Shown here: one piece after another, positions 21,305 through 32,620 of the stretch
How the letters are laid out: each line of letters starts with the position of its first letter
Position numbering within the stretch: the first letter of the stretch is position 1
NCBI GenBank assembly: GCA_965277405.1
Contig: OZ255726.1
Span: forward strand, 352,001-416,000
Direction: 5' to 3'
DNA length: 64,000 nucleotides
Source of the DNA: Gammaproteobacteria bacterium
Lineage (GTDB): Bacteria; Pseudomonadota; Gammaproteobacteria; G965277405
Notes under the pieces: model-generated
The model's database searches: none
Told to the model about the DNA's origin: nothing
Seen by the model: the letters and a program-made list of their open reading frames with translations, nothing else
Program-made: the position numbers and the translations under genes

Positions 21305-21934
21305 ATGCAAATTATGGTTTTACTATCGGGAGACGGCTCAAACCTGCAAGCATTGATCGATCAACAATGGCAGTACAAATCGTATTCGCTGGGTGTTGTT
21401 GCAGCAAACAACGCCAATGCCTACGGCTTGCAACGTGCCAAGTCTGCAAGCATTCCTCACTACTATATTGGTGATATTGCCGCCATGCGTGAGCAGCGTA
21501 TTATCGAGCTTTACCACAAATATCATCCGCAATTAATTGTGCTCGCTGGGTTTATGCGGATTTTGAGCCCGACACTCTGCCATACTTTGCCGGTTGCCAC
21601 CATCAATATTCATCCATCATTATTGCCATTACATCCTGGTCTGCATACGCATACTCGTGTGTTGGACGCAGGTGACAAGCAGCACGGTACGACTGTGCAT
21701 TTGGTTACGGCTAAGCTCGATGCTGGTCCGATTATCGGTCAAGCATCATTTGCTATATTGCCAGCCGATACTGCGGCAACACTGCAGCAGCGCATCCTCA
21801 CCACAGAACATCTATTATACCCGTTGCTGATAGATTGCATTGCCACAGGATCAATTGACGTACACAACCCTAGTCCGTTACATTATTCTCTTAATTCCCA
21901 ACAACGCTTACAACTAATACCACCTAGTATTTAG
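21305..21934 (+). CDS. purN: Phosphoribosylglycinamide formyltransferase
   Basis: SG.GSNLQAL, LAGFMRIL, NIHPSLLP, HGTTVH.V...LDAGP. Confidence 0.95.
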   Translation: MQIMVLLSGDGSNLQALIDQQWQYKSYSLGVVAANNANAYGLQRAKSASIPHYYIGDIAAMREQRIIELYHKYHPQLIVLAGFMRILSPTLCHTLPVATINIHPSLLPLHPGLHTHTRVLDAGDKQHGTTVHLVTAKLDAGPIIGQASFAILPADTAATLQQRILTTEHLLYPLLIDCIATGSIDVHNPSPLHYSLNSQQRLQLIPPSI

Positions 21935-22803
21935 TCAGTTTTTTTGAGCGGTCTAGGTATTATACCGATGACAAACGCCGCACCAAATAAAATACATACC
22001 ATTCCAAATAAAGCATGAATACTCAGGGTTTCGTCAGCAAAACCCCAACCTACCAAAACTCCAACAATCGGCATAATAAATACCAACGTTAAAGTATTGG
22101 TTGTGCCTACATCGTTGATTAACCCAAAATATAGAATGTATGCAAATCCTGTGCAAACAATGCCAATCACCAGCATCAGCATCATGACGCCAATTGATGG
22201 CATCTGTGTTGGCAAATACCACATACTGGGGATGGCATACAGGATTGCGGTAATAAGCAAACACCCTTGCGCCATTGCCAGCGGTGCTATTTTCAAGTGT
22301 TTGCTATACATCGCAGATAGCGCATACAGCAGTGTCGCTATTAACGCTAACACAATGCCACTGGCTGCTCCCCAAGGTTTATTAAAATCAAGATCAACAA
22401 GCAATGCAACACCAACTACCCCGCACAACAAACCGATGACTTGCGCAGTCTGAAGTTTTTGCCTCAACAAGACAAACGCTATGAGTGCTGCCCACAGTGG
22501 CACCGTTGAGTTGACCACGACCAGAATTGATGATGGCGTTGTCAGTGCGGCATAAGCGAAGCAAAAAAATGGAATAACTGAGTTCATCGAACCAACCAAA
22601 ACGTAGTTTTTCCAGTTCTTTACAAATAAAACAGGTTCTCCAAGCATTCTGCCAACAATCAATAAAAATACCGCACCGCTGGCAATTCGAAACCATACAA
22701 GAAACATTGGGTCAATTTCCACAACAATAACTTTCATCATCAAAAATGACACGCCCCAAATACATGCGAGGAGTAACAGCCGAAAAATATTGTATATGCT
22801 CAT
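21931..22803 (-). CDS. DMT/EamA family transporter
   Basis: About ten TM segments, IWG.SF at the start, TGFAYILYF. Confidence 0.88.
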   Translation of the reverse strand: MSIYNIFRLLLLACIWGVSFLMMKVIVVEIDPMFLVWFRIASGAVFLLIVGRMLGEPVLFVKNWKNYVLVGSMNSVIPFFCFAYAALTTPSSILVVVNSTVPLWAALIAFVLLRQKLQTAQVIGLLCGVVGVALLVDLDFNKPWGAASGIVLALIATLLYALSAMYSKHLKIAPLAMAQGCLLITAILYAIPSMWYLPTQMPSIGVMMLMLVIGIVCTGFAYILYFGLINDVGTTNTLTLVFIMPIVGVLVGWGFADETLSIHALFGMVCILFGAAFVIGIIPRPLKKTD

Positions 22804-22821
22804 ATTGATGAATCTCTATAG

Positions 22822-25800
22822 TTATTGCTGCAACTCAATCAAACTCTTTTCCATTGGCACATACAGTGCCATTGCCAGCTCATATTGCTGCCCAAGCGGA
22901 TGGTTTTTCAGCAATGCCGCATATTGTGCTAACTGTTCGCTATAGCGCGCGCGCATTGCATCTTGCCAAACAGATAATGCCGTATGTTGGGGCCTGCTGC
23001 TGGTTTTATAATCAATAATCCATAGCTTATCCTGCTGTTGCTGCGGGTGTGTGCCGACAAAACAGCGGTCTAATCGCAATGTTTTGATGCTACCGTCAAT
23101 TGCACCGCTCAATTCCCATTCATGATGATCTTGTGCTTGGCGCATCAATAACCATCTACCGCAAAAATCATCGATCATTGATTGCCAGTTGCGCTCCACC
23201 TCAATATACACAGCAGCATCAAAATACTCCCATGTATATAGTCGCTGCAACCGCGGCCAATAACTATCCCAAACTTCTGAGAATGGAGTGCCGCTGGACT
23301 GGGTGCAGACGTATTCCACAACACTGTGAAATACCACACCAACCTGTTGTTCAAGAGTTTGCCGTGGTTGACTGACATAGCGCTGAGGCGAGCTTGCATA
23401 CTTGGCATGCAAGCTCGCGTATAGCTGTGGTGCTAAATTGCGGGCAATTGCATTGCTTGGTGCAGCTATTGCAACTTGGGGGTCAATATCTGCGTCGCCA
23501 ATTTGACAAATTGGCTGTGCAGCACAATACACTTCTGCCAATAAGCTAAGAAAGCTATTCTTTGGTATTTTATCTATACCTGCATTGGCATAATTACCAA
23601 CAAGATATAACCGTTTTTTCGCACGTGTTAACGCAACGTACAACATGCGGATGTTCTCATCGTGTTGTGCATTGCGGTCACTCCAACGCAAGTAATCGTA
23701 TATAGAATTAACACCTAATCGTTGCTGTGCTGCTGCTAACAACCCAGCTTGAGTTTGTTGCCATAATAATATAGGATTATCTGAATTGCGTTGTATTTGG
23801 TCCATTCCTAATATAAATACCGCATCAAACTCAAGCCCTTTTGCCTTATGAATAGTCATGACTTCAATATCACCAGCTGCAGATGATTGACGAAATAATG
23901 CAATTTTTTTATCAAGCTCAATGTGGTCAATGCAGTTACTACGCATACATTCATAGCTCACGGCAATATACGTTTCAACATCAGCTTGTGCTGTACTGGG
24001 ATAATGCTGTTTAAATAACACATTCCATACGTCAATAAGAATACTTTGCCATGACACTCTGCTGCGCGCTGCGACAAACGGTGCGCATATTGCAACAAAT
24101 TGCTGTAATTGCAGCCATTCTTGTTCGTCAAAAAAACTGCGTACATCTGGGTTTTCTACAACTGTCTTGAAGCGAAAATAGCCTGTAGTAGCTGCGTCAG
24201 TATGTTCAAATACCAGCACCAAAGTTTGCGCTGCAACAGCAAAACTCGGGCTACGGACGATACCTGCCCAAGCAAGATCATCATCAAGATATTGCAGCGC
24301 TGCCAACGCATTGCGCAGCTCAATAATGTGAGGCAAATCAGCTAGAGATGTAAACTCAACCGCTGAAAATGCGATGTGCTGTTGCTGTAATACTTCAAGA
24401 AGCGGTGCTGCATGCTTGCGCGAACGCACTAGGACCGCAATACTCTGTAGCGTAGGATCATGTTGGCAGGTTTGCAGATGCTCAAGAATTTGCTTAGGAT
24501 ACGCTGGCGTCTGTTCATCTACCCATGTTACTTCGGCAGTTTTAGCACCTATCTGCTTAACAGCTGCTTGCGATGGGATATAGGTAATTGTCGAATCATC
24601 ATTTTTCTGTGCGGAAATTGCTTTGCTAAATGCCTGTGTGAACGCAGCATTAAACCATGTGACTAAGCGCGGCTGTGAACGAAAGTTGGCAGAAAGTTGC
24701 AGAGAAATAACCTCAATACCTGCAATACCTTGGCGTTGCACTTGGCGAAAAAGTTTTACTTCCGCTTGACGAAAACGGTAAATAGACTGCATAGGGTCGC
24801 CAACAAAAAACACAGTATTATTATTGGCTGGTGTATCTTGCCACAGAGAAACCAGTTGCTCAAGCAGCTTGAATTGACTGATAGATGTATCTTGAAACTC
24901 ATCAACTAAAATATGATTGATCGTGCTCCAGAGGCGATCTGCTAAGATTCCAGGTGCAGCGGCGGTCCCAATAAGCTGCTGGGCAAAATGCATCAGTTGC
25001 TGATAATCGCATTGCTGGTGTTGGTAAAACTGTAGTTGTAATTGCGCGGTAAGATGGATTGCTAGCGCAGCAATATGATGAATCGCTTGGCTTTCCTCCT
25101 CTGTTACTGGGGTGATTGGCGCATTGTTCCACTGTTCAATAATTGCAATTTCAATGTTTTCTGCAAAGAAATCAGCAACTGTTTTCGTATCCGCTTTGAG
25201 TTCTATATCTTGAGGATTAACGCCATAGTTACGATTTAATCCTCTGGCAACACGCCATGATCCAGTATTTGTTGACCATAATTGGATAACAGCATGCCAA
25301 AACAAACCTTGCTGTTGCGTTTGCAACTCGCCGACGTTGGCTAACAGCTGTTGGGTAAGCTGTTGGTATTGTAGATTGTATTTTTCGCCTGCAAGCTGCG
25401 CATCTTGCAGCGATCGTTGGATGCGGCGGGCAATGGAAACAAGCAAGGATTGAACATGCTCAGGTATTTGTAATCCTGCTTGTTGCACCATGGCGTGGAT
25501 CACTGTAAGTCGCGACTGCTCCAACAGCGTATATACTTCAGTGTCTTGGCTTGAATTAATGAAAACCAATAATTCAAGCCATTGCTCGCGTTTTTCAACC
25601 AGTCGCAGCATAGCCTGTTGGAATCTTGATAATTTGCCTTGATAACGGATAACGAGTTCGTGCAATACTGCATCAATCCTCGCGTCGCCAGTGGCGCATG
25701 TTTGTGCAAATGCCTGTTCGAATAATGGCTGTATATTGGTTACAGGTTGTAATGCAAACGCCTGTGTGAGCAATGGTGCTTCGTGGGTAAGCCGCGCGCA

Positions 25801-26139
25801 AAAGGCATCTATGGTCATAATGCGCAAGCGATGCTTGCTTGAGCTGAGTTGCCATTGTTTTTCTCGCGCTCGTATTACCTCAATCGGTGCAATTAAATCG
25901 TGTAAATACTCTGGGATATCGTGGCTTTCCAACAACTCCACCACCCGTTGGCGCATTTCTGCAGCAGCTTTACGCGTAAAAGTTAATGCAAGAATCTCTT
26001 CTGGTTCTGCAACATTGGCGAGCAAACAGATATAGCGACTGACCAATAGCTGGGTTTTACCAGAACCTGCAGGCGCTTGAACAATATAGCTCCGTGTAGT
26101 GTCTAGTACGCGCAGACGAGAATCAGCATCTGCAATCAC
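22822..26139 (-). CDS. AddA/RecB-like UvrD helicase-nuclease
   Basis: APAGSGKT, LTFTRKAA.EM, VDEFQDTS, TIHKAKGLEFD, YVALTRA, and a C-terminal nuclease motif LDR...IIDYKT. Confidence 0.9.
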   Translation of the reverse strand: MIADADSRLRVLDTTRSYIVQAPAGSGKTQLLVSRYICLLANVAEPEEILALTFTRKAAAEMRQRVVELLESHDIPEYLHDLIAPIEVIRAREKQWQLSSSKHRLRIMTIDAFCARLTHEAPLLTQAFALQPVTNIQPLFEQAFAQTCATGDARIDAVLHELVIRYQGKLSRFQQAMLRLVEKREQWLELLVFINSSQDTEVYTLLEQSRLTVIHAMVQQAGLQIPEHVQSLLVSIARRIQRSLQDAQLAGEKYNLQYQQLTQQLLANVGELQTQQQGLFWHAVIQLWSTNTGSWRVARGLNRNYGVNPQDIELKADTKTVADFFAENIEIAIIEQWNNAPITPVTEEESQAIHHIAALAIHLTAQLQLQFYQHQQCDYQQLMHFAQQLIGTAAAPGILADRLWSTINHILVDEFQDTSISQFKLLEQLVSLWQDTPANNNTVFFVGDPMQSIYRFRQAEVKLFRQVQRQGIAGIEVISLQLSANFRSQPRLVTWFNAAFTQAFSKAISAQKNDDSTITYIPSQAAVKQIGAKTAEVTWVDEQTPAYPKQILEHLQTCQHDPTLQSIAVLVRSRKHAAPLLEVLQQQHIAFSAVEFTSLADLPHIIELRNALAALQYLDDDLAWAGIVRSPSFAVAAQTLVLVFEHTDAATTGYFRFKTVVENPDVRSFFDEQEWLQLQQFVAICAPFVAARSRVSWQSILIDVWNVLFKQHYPSTAQADVETYIAVSYECMRSNCIDHIELDKKIALFRQSSAAGDIEVMTIHKAKGLEFDAVFILGMDQIQRNSDNPILLWQQTQAGLLAAAQQRLGVNSIYDYLRWSDRNAQHDENIRMLYVALTRAKKRLYLVGNYANAGIDKIPKNSFLSLLAEVYCAAQPICQIGDADIDPQVAIAAPSNAIARNLAPQLYASLHAKYASSPQRYVSQPRQTLEQQVGVVFHSVVEYVCTQSSGTPFSEVWDSYWPRLQRLYTWEYFDAAVYIEVERNWQSMIDDFCGRWLLMRQAQDHHEWELSGAIDGSIKTLRLDRCFVGTHPQQQQDKLWIIDYKTSSRPQHTALSVWQDAMRARYSEQLAQYAALLKNHPLGQQYELAMALYVPMEKSLIELQQ

Positions 26140-26178
26140 ACAACAGCCGCAAAAAATTTATTTAAAAACAGCAAGATA

Positions 26179-27921
26179 TTACTCAAAACTAGCAGTACCA
26201 AATAAGAGGCGCATGTACAAGTCAGCACCAAAATAGACTGTTGACATATCTGCATACTGTGAACTAGTTTCACTCAAACCAAGGTAAAATCTACCACCTA
26301 TATACACAAGTACTCGCGGAGAAATTCTCATCTCATTCAACAACACCAATTCATAAGTGCTGCCGCCAACATTCGTTTGTAGTTCAGGGCTGGTGGTCAA
26401 TGATTTAAAAGACCCTTCAATGCCAACTCGTTGCTGCTTGATTAAATCACTAAAGAACATTTTATAGCCAACAAATAAATAGTCATGAGAACTGCTGGCA
26501 ATATGATATTTTAACAGGTCATCTTGCTGTAGATAACCTTTGTCAACATTCCCATATCCTGCAAATATCCAATGATTCGTTTGCGTTTGGTATTGTAAGC
26601 GCAGATACAAATCCCCAACATCGGTACCAGAGGCAATCAACCTGCGGTCTTGACCGCTACCTGCTAAGGTGTTAAAACCAAAATTTGCATAGCCAAAACC
26701 AATGCTATATCTATCAACACTAAAGCTATAATACAGTCGATATCCTGTGTCTAATTCTGCACTTTGATTAAATCCGCCTTGGGCTTTAGATACATCATTC
26801 CATGTGTAACTATTGCGTTGTTTAATAAGTCCGTAGCTATAGTAGAGTTCGTGAACAACTTGTTGTTCAGTAAACACAATGTATTCTGCTGCTTTGTCTG
26901 CTGGTTGTTGTAGGTCAGCAGTGGTATCAAGAAGCTGCACATCGACGTCGATTGGCGGTTCTGCGTGAATAGCTGAATATTGAAAATCATTACGAACATG
27001 AGCGCTTCGAGGCAGGATCAAGACTGTGGCAGCTGGAATTAACTCCCAGTTGGTAATATCTCTATTTAGCAACTTCACTGTATTATAAAAGTCAGTTGTA
27101 CTCGCTCCGTTCAGTAAGACGACATACTGTAATATATTTGGTAATGTCGCATTATCTGGCAATAATATAATCCGATCTTGTGGCCAAAATGCTTGGATGT
27201 CTGAGTCAGTCACAATCCGTGAAAAATCAATTGCAATGTGGTCGGTAGCAACTAACGCTCCTTGCAATACCAGCTTGCTATTTGCGCTAACTAGATTATT
27301 GCTCTGTTGTTGTAGTTCAGCCAATTGTAGCGCCGACAATCCAAAGATATGTTGCACATATCGTGCTACATCATCTGCGTCAATCTCTGATAACTTGAGC
27401 GTATTTACTGCTTCATCACTATCGACAACAGTTGTGATGGCACGGTCGACATCACTCAAATACATATAATTCTGGAGGATAAATAATGGATTAGCTGCAT
27501 GGGCAAAATCAATAATATGTTGTCGCTTACGCAGTAGTATATAGTTGATATACCTATCGAGGGTATCAGTATCTGGTCGGTACATATCAGTATCACTTGG
27601 GATATATACCGCAGCATGCTTTGCCAGCACTGCTGTTTGTTCTGGATTATACGCATGGATAAAGTCGCTGATAACCTGCGGACTAAACAGACTTTGCTGT
27701 GCATGTTCTTTAGCCAACATATACATGGTGGTTGGCTGTGCAATAATTGTTACAGAACCAGCTACACTGTGTTTACCAACAATACAAAAAAAAACTGCCA
27801 ACAGCGATATGACAATATATGGTTGCGATTTCACACGTAAACTATTAGACATAAGTATTTTGAGTGCTGTCGCGTGACAATGATATATCGGTATTAACAA
27901 CAGCATAGCAACCGCATACAT
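26179..27921 (-). CDS. Hypothetical exported protein, possibly LysM-like repeats plus a C-terminal beta-barrel
   Basis: 580-aa ORF with a hydrophobic leader, LLNRDITNWELIPAATVLILP (LysM-like) and an aromatic alternating C-terminal half. Confidence 0.5.
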   Translation of the reverse strand: MYAVAMLLLIPIYHCHATALKILMSNSLRVKSQPYIVISLLAVFFCIVGKHSVAGSVTIIAQPTTMYMLAKEHAQQSLFSPQVISDFIHAYNPEQTAVLAKHAAVYIPSDTDMYRPDTDTLDRYINYILLRKRQHIIDFAHAANPLFILQNYMYLSDVDRAITTVVDSDEAVNTLKLSEIDADDVARYVQHIFGLSALQLAELQQQSNNLVSANSKLVLQGALVATDHIAIDFSRIVTDSDIQAFWPQDRIILLPDNATLPNILQYVVLLNGASTTDFYNTVKLLNRDITNWELIPAATVLILPRSAHVRNDFQYSAIHAEPPIDVDVQLLDTTADLQQPADKAAEYIVFTEQQVVHELYYSYGLIKQRNSYTWNDVSKAQGGFNQSAELDTGYRLYYSFSVDRYSIGFGYANFGFNTLAGSGQDRRLIASGTDVGDLYLRLQYQTQTNHWIFAGYGNVDKGYLQQDDLLKYHIASSSHDYLFVGYKMFFSDLIKQQRVGIEGSFKSLTTSPELQTNVGGSTYELVLLNEMRISPRVLVYIGGRFYLGLSETSSQYADMSTVYFGADLYMRLLFGTASFE

Positions 27922-28021
27922 CTATGTTCCAATAAATGCCGTTGCTTGCCGTGTTGAGATGACATATTGCAGTTCCAATAACGTTTGATGGAGCAGTGTT
28001 GTTGTCACAGTAGCGTAATTC

Positions 28022-28297
28022 TTGTATTTAAATGTATATGTCCGCATGAGAGCTATCAAGCATTATCTCCATATTTATTCGCTATGTTTTATTATTTTCA
28101 CCTACAACTTACCCACAGCGCATGCGCTTACAAGTGCTGAAATAATTAACGGCATTGATGAAAAAAACCAAGTCTTCCCTGATGTGCGCATTCGTTACCA
28201 AGTCAGGGTGTTTGACGGTCCTGTTGAAATGTCTAACTTCAGCCTAATTCAATGGATGACATTAAAGTCTTTGAGGATTTATCAAGCGGTGAGATAA
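28022..28297 (+). pseudogene. Probable truncated exported protein (possibly outer-membrane lipoprotein-sorting/LolA-like)
   Basis: Signal peptide ...TAHA then LTSAEIINGIDEK; the ORF ends 25 bp before a solo MITE end. Confidence 0.4.
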
Positions 28298-28321
28298 CGC
28301 TGGAGACTATCAAAGCCCTAA

Positions 28322-28333
28322 GGAAGCTCTGAT
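28322..28333 (+). repeat. Solo MITE terminus
   Basis: CTAA-GGAAGCTCTGAT. Confidence 0.6.
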
Positions 28334-28353
28334 AGGGTCTTAAACAAAGAGTG

Positions 28354-28716
28354 CTAATCAATAACTCCTCTAAACTGTAAAAATGCACTATCTGCTGGCA
28401 GAAAACATTGCGCATTAATATAAAACCAAACGTTCATGCCATTGAAGTGATTGACCAACCGCTCTGTTTTCACATGTGTGCCAACCGGCAGCCATAACCG
28501 CACTTGACTTGACTTAGAAGGCGTATACCGACAAGGGATGTGCGAGGTATTAGTGCCGCCAGCAGTCACCCGATAATACCCGCCAACCAATAATGATTCA
28601 CCATATGTGAGTGACGACGCCGTTATAATAAAAAAAACCAAGCATGTAATTACAAATTTAATTCTAACAAAATGTATCATATTTATTTGATTATTTTGGG
28701 ACAGTGCATGTGGCAA
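28354..28716 (-). CDS. Hypothetical protein
   Basis: 120-aa ORF abutting tmk, with a hydrophobic N-terminal segment. Confidence 0.4.
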   Translation of the reverse strand: MPHALSQNNQINMIHFVRIKFVITCLVFFIITASSLTYGESLLVGGYYRVTAGGTNTSHIPCRYTPSKSSQVRLWLPVGTHVKTERLVNHFNGMNVWFYINAQCFLPADSAFLQFRGVID

Positions 28717-29355
28717 CTACTGTGTTCGCCAGCGTTGAATAAAATTTTGCAGCTGACCAGCAACTTGAATATTCACGTTTTTTCTAGTCTGATGTGCATC
28801 AATACGCCGTACCACAGTATCCATTGTATCAAACCGATTGCGATACGCAGTTATTATATTTTCAAAAAACATATGACCTTCCTTATCAATACGATTGAAC
28901 AAATCACGCGCTGACCTTCTGCGCCTAGCTGCAGTGGCATCTATATCAAAAAAAAATATTAAATCAGGTTGGCAATCGCCGCACACCCATTCATCAAGCT
29001 TAGCAATCCACGCCGCATCAATACCACGCCCTCCTCCTTGATAAGCATAACTAGAGTCGACAAAACGGTCGCTAATCACCCATATTCCTTGTGCAAGTAA
29101 CGGCAGTATTGTCGTTTGGATATGCTCATTACGCCCAGCAAAAATTAACAGTAACTCAGTCATAGCTGTCACGGCTCGTCCATTGTTACTCAGCACCAGA
29201 TCCCGTACGCTATCGGCTAAATCGCAGCCTCCAGGCTCTTTAGTGATGTGGTATGAAATATTATTAGTCTGTAAAATTTTTTCCAACCCAGCAATTGCTG
29301 TGGTCTTTCCTGAACCATCAACCCCTTCCAAAACAATAAAAACACCTTTACTCAT
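28717..29355 (-). CDS. tmk: Thymidylate kinase
   Basis: EGVDGSGKTT, KEPGG, DRFVDSSYAYQG.GRG. Confidence 0.96.
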   Translation of the reverse strand: MSKGVFIVLEGVDGSGKTTAIAGLEKILQTNNISYHITKEPGGCDLADSVRDLVLSNNGRAVTAMTELLLIFAGRNEHIQTTILPLLAQGIWVISDRFVDSSYAYQGGGRGIDAAWIAKLDEWVCGDCQPDLIFFFDIDATAARRRRSARDLFNRIDKEGHMFFENIITAYRNRFDTMDTVVRRIDAHQTRKNVNIQVAGQLQNFIQRWRTQ

Positions 29356-30407
29356 TGTGGCCAGGATGTATAGTTTTTGACCTTACGTTTTTGATATTGA
29401 TTAACTGCTCGCTGGTGTTCAGTATAGCTGCTCGAAAAATAATGACTGCCATCACCTTTTGCGACAAAGAACAACGCATCGTCAGTTAAATCAGGGTGCA
29501 AAGCAGCATAAATAGCAGCTTCGCCAACGATTGAGATTGGACTTGGCGGCAGCCCAAAATGTACATATGTGTTGTATGGACTGCGCATTTGTAAATGTTT
29601 ACGGCGTAAATTCCCAGTGAAGGCATCGCCTAATCCATAAATGACAGTTGGATCAGTCTGCAGCTTCATTTTTTTACGCAGCCTGCGCACAAATACCCCA
29701 CTTATTGTTGCACGTTCACTCGGCAAACCTGTTTCTTTTTCAATAATCGAAGCCATCGTTAACACTTCATACTTATTCGCAAACGGTAGTTTGACATCAC
29801 GCACACGCCAGTGCTTGGTAAGATACTGTTGTAACGCTGCATTCGCTTGTTTGAGAACAGTACTTGCCTTGGTTTGCTTGGCAAACAAAAAGGTTTCCGC
29901 CAGCACCAAGCCCTCAGCCACGCTAACCGAAAATTCCTTACCCAGTAACCGAGTAAGGTGTGCATTCTGGTCTGTTACTTGCTGGGGTAAATCAAAATCA
30001 ATATTGGGATGATTACGCAGCAATGTAAGCACATCATCCATTTTGCTGCCAGCAATAAATGTAATTGGATACAGCCGCGTTCTACCTGCCACCAGCACCT
30101 GCAACACATCTAATACGCTTGATTCAGCGGGTACAATATATTCACCAACTTTTATGTTAGTGCTGATGCCAAGCAGATTCAGATAAACCTTAAAGAAAAA
30201 AGGATAGTCAACCCAACCAACTTGTTGAAAACGTGTGCCGATAGATGTAAGCGACTCGCCGCTGTGTACCGTAAATGTCGTATCCGCTACCAGTGTTGGT
30301 ATTGGTAATGTATATCTTTGATGAAATTGAAAAAAAACACCCGCAACACTTGCGACAACTATGCCAATAATAACGACTGCAGCGATGCCTTGCTGTTTTC
30401 CTATCAC
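29352..30407 (-). CDS. mltG: Endolytic transglycosylase MltG
   Basis: ASIIEKET, LQTDPTVIYG, SPYNTY..GLPP.PI. Confidence 0.95.
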   Translation of the reverse strand: MIGKQQGIAAVVIIGIVVASVAGVFFQFHQRYTLPIPTLVADTTFTVHSGESLTSIGTRFQQVGWVDYPFFFKVYLNLLGISTNIKVGEYIVPAESSVLDVLQVLVAGRTRLYPITFIAGSKMDDVLTLLRNHPNIDFDLPQQVTDQNAHLTRLLGKEFSVSVAEGLVLAETFLFAKQTKASTVLKQANAALQQYLTKHWRVRDVKLPFANKYEVLTMASIIEKETGLPSERATISGVFVRRLRKKMKLQTDPTVIYGLGDAFTGNLRRKHLQMRSPYNTYVHFGLPPSPISIVGEAAIYAALHPDLTDDALFFVAKGDGSHYFSSSYTEHQRAVNQYQKRKVKNYTSWPQ

Positions 30408-30409
30408 AA

Positions 30410-31651
30410 TTACCGTGCAAAGATAAGCGTACCGTTTGTACCACCAAACCCAAATGAATTTGAAATAGCATAACGGCAGTTAACCACGTCTCGAGCAGTA
30501 TGTGGAATATAATCTAACGGGCACTGAGCATCTTGATTGTAGAGATTGATCGTCGGCGGCAATACTTGATCCTGCAAAGCGAGTACCGTAAAGACACCTT
30601 CAACAGCACCTGCAGCACCGAGTAAATGACCAATCATGGATTTATTGGAACTCATCGGAGTAGCCGCTGCATGATTTCCAAAAATTGACTGCACGGCAAT
30701 GGTTTCTGCAATATCACCAGCTTGTGTAGCAGTTCCATGCGCATTAATATAGCCAATATCCCTAGGATTTAATTCAGCGTCTTTTAAAGCATTGCGCATA
30801 CTCAAAGCAGCGCCTTCACCATTGCTGCACGGCTGTGTTATATGGTGTCCATCAGCACTCATGCCAAAACCAACGACACGACCATACACTGTCGCCCCAC
30901 GTTTTTTTGCATGGGCTTCACTCTCAAGCACCAAAACACCTGCCCCTTCACCAAGCACAAAACCATCTCGATCAGCGTCCCACGGCCGGCTCGCCTGCTC
31001 AGGATTATCGTTGCGAGTTGACAATGCCCGAACTGCGTTAAAAGCGCCAATTCCAAACGAATTAACAGGCGCCTCTGCGCCACCTGCCAGCATAACATCA
31101 GCATCACCATGTTGGATCATACGCATCGCTAAACCAATCATATGGGTGCCTGTTGTACAAGCCGTAGCTGCAGAAATATTTGGTCCAAATAATTGATGGC
31201 GAATTGAAACATTGCCAGCAACCATATTAATAATGCTACCTGGAACAAAAAATGGGCTGATTCTTCTTGGTCCTTTTCCATGCAATAATTCAGCATTATT
31301 CTGGATAAACTCTAATCCGCCAATTCCAGACCCAATAGCAACACCAACACGTTCTCGATCCGTTTCATCTAAATCTAAGCCACTATGCTCAAGCGCCTCA
31401 TCAGCTGCTTGAATACCTAATGCTATAAAGCGGTCAAATTTCTTGATGTTTTTTTCTCCAACAACAGTGGTAACGTCAAAGCCTGTTACGGTTGCTGCAA
31501 AATTTGTTGTGTGCTCGGCAGCATCAAACGCAGAAATTGTTTGGGCGCCGCTTACTCCAGAACACAAATTATTCCATGCAACTGCAACGCTATTGCCAAT
31601 AGGAGTAATAGCCCCAAGACCAGTAACGACGACTGAATGTTTGCTTGTCAT
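30410..31651 (-). CDS. fabF: 3-oxoacyl-ACP synthase II
   Basis: TACTTG, NAHGT, GHLLGAAG, NSFGFGGTN. Confidence 0.96.
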   Translation of the reverse strand: MTSKHSVVVTGLGAITPIGNSVAVAWNNLCSGVSGAQTISAFDAAEHTTNFAATVTGFDVTTVVGEKNIKKFDRFIALGIQAADEALEHSGLDLDETDRERVGVAIGSGIGGLEFIQNNAELLHGKGPRRISPFFVPGSIINMVAGNVSIRHQLFGPNISAATACTTGTHMIGLAMRMIQHGDADVMLAGGAEAPVNSFGIGAFNAVRALSTRNDNPEQASRPWDADRDGFVLGEGAGVLVLESEAHAKKRGATVYGRVVGFGMSADGHHITQPCSNGEGAALSMRNALKDAELNPRDIGYINAHGTATQAGDIAETIAVQSIFGNHAAATPMSSNKSMIGHLLGAAGAVEGVFTVLALQDQVLPPTINLYNQDAQCPLDYIPHTARDVVNCRYAISNSFGFGGTNGTLIFAR

Positions 31652-31741
31652 TTCATTACAGTTATATGTTTACACACAAACTTCGTGCTGCAAATGATTG
31701 CTTGCAGAATGACCAATACCATGGCTCAGCTGCTGCTAAAT

Positions 31742-31990
31742 TTACTTAGAGTTTTCGTTGATATAGTCGATGGCTTCTTGGACTGTTGTGATTTTTTCAG
31801 CATCTTTGTCTGGGATTTCTGTTTCAAACTCATCTTCCAATGCCATAACTAATTCTACAGTATCAAGAGAATCAGCACCAAGGTCGTCTACAAATGACGA
31901 GTCATTGGTCACTTCTTCGGGCTTAACACTCAATTGTTCAGCAACAATTCTCTTTACTATTTCTTCAATCATTCCTGGTTCGACTGACAT
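31742..31990 (-). CDS. acpP: Acyl carrier protein
   Basis: [17 protein letters not shown]. Confidence 0.97.
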   Translation of the reverse strand: MSVEPGMIEEIVKRIVAEQLSVKPEEVTNDSSFVDDLGADSLDTVELVMALEDEFETEIPDKDAEKITTVQEAIDYINENSK

Positions 31991-32402
31991 TCTGGTCTCC
32001 TAATAATTTAGTATATGCACAATATTGGCAAAACTTGATGATTTGTTTTGCCACAATATGCGGACTGTAATTGCAAACACAATTATATGTACACGCTTAT
32101 ACAAAAAAAACTAGATATATAAATATGCGTTTGATGACTCGACCGCAAGACTACAACATTTTTCGTAGCTGGGCATAATGTTTTTTTGCGCCTATTTTGT
32201 AAAATTGATTGACATATTTTTTGTGAATGCTGTATCGCAACCAGCGTGTTAGACACAGATTCATTCATCATTGTGAGTTTTTTATGTGGTATGAAACGCA
32301 TGCTGCTAGTATACACCGAATCGCCGTTTGTGTTTCATCGCGCTGCGATTTGTTGCAACATTCATGCGTACTGACGAATCATGCTGCTACAACTATGTTT
32401 AG

Positions 32403-32558
32403 GAAAGCTCTGATTAAGTCGATGATGGAGCGAGTTTGATGGCAATTGCAAGGCGCAAACCGCGCGCATTCTGCTGGCGCATGACCTAGCTATACGCCAA
32501 GGAATGCAACACAGCAAGTGCCGCAAACCATCATATATTCAACAGATGGACGGGAAAA
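32403..32558 (+). mobile_element. Truncated MITE (left half)
   Basis: TTAG-GAAAGCTCTGATTAAGTC...; homology stops after GACGGGAAAA. Confidence 0.8.
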
Positions 32559-32620
32559 CAAGCTCAGTTTATCAGCGACATACTGATAACTTACGCTGAT
32601 TTTCAGTATATCTTAGCGCC

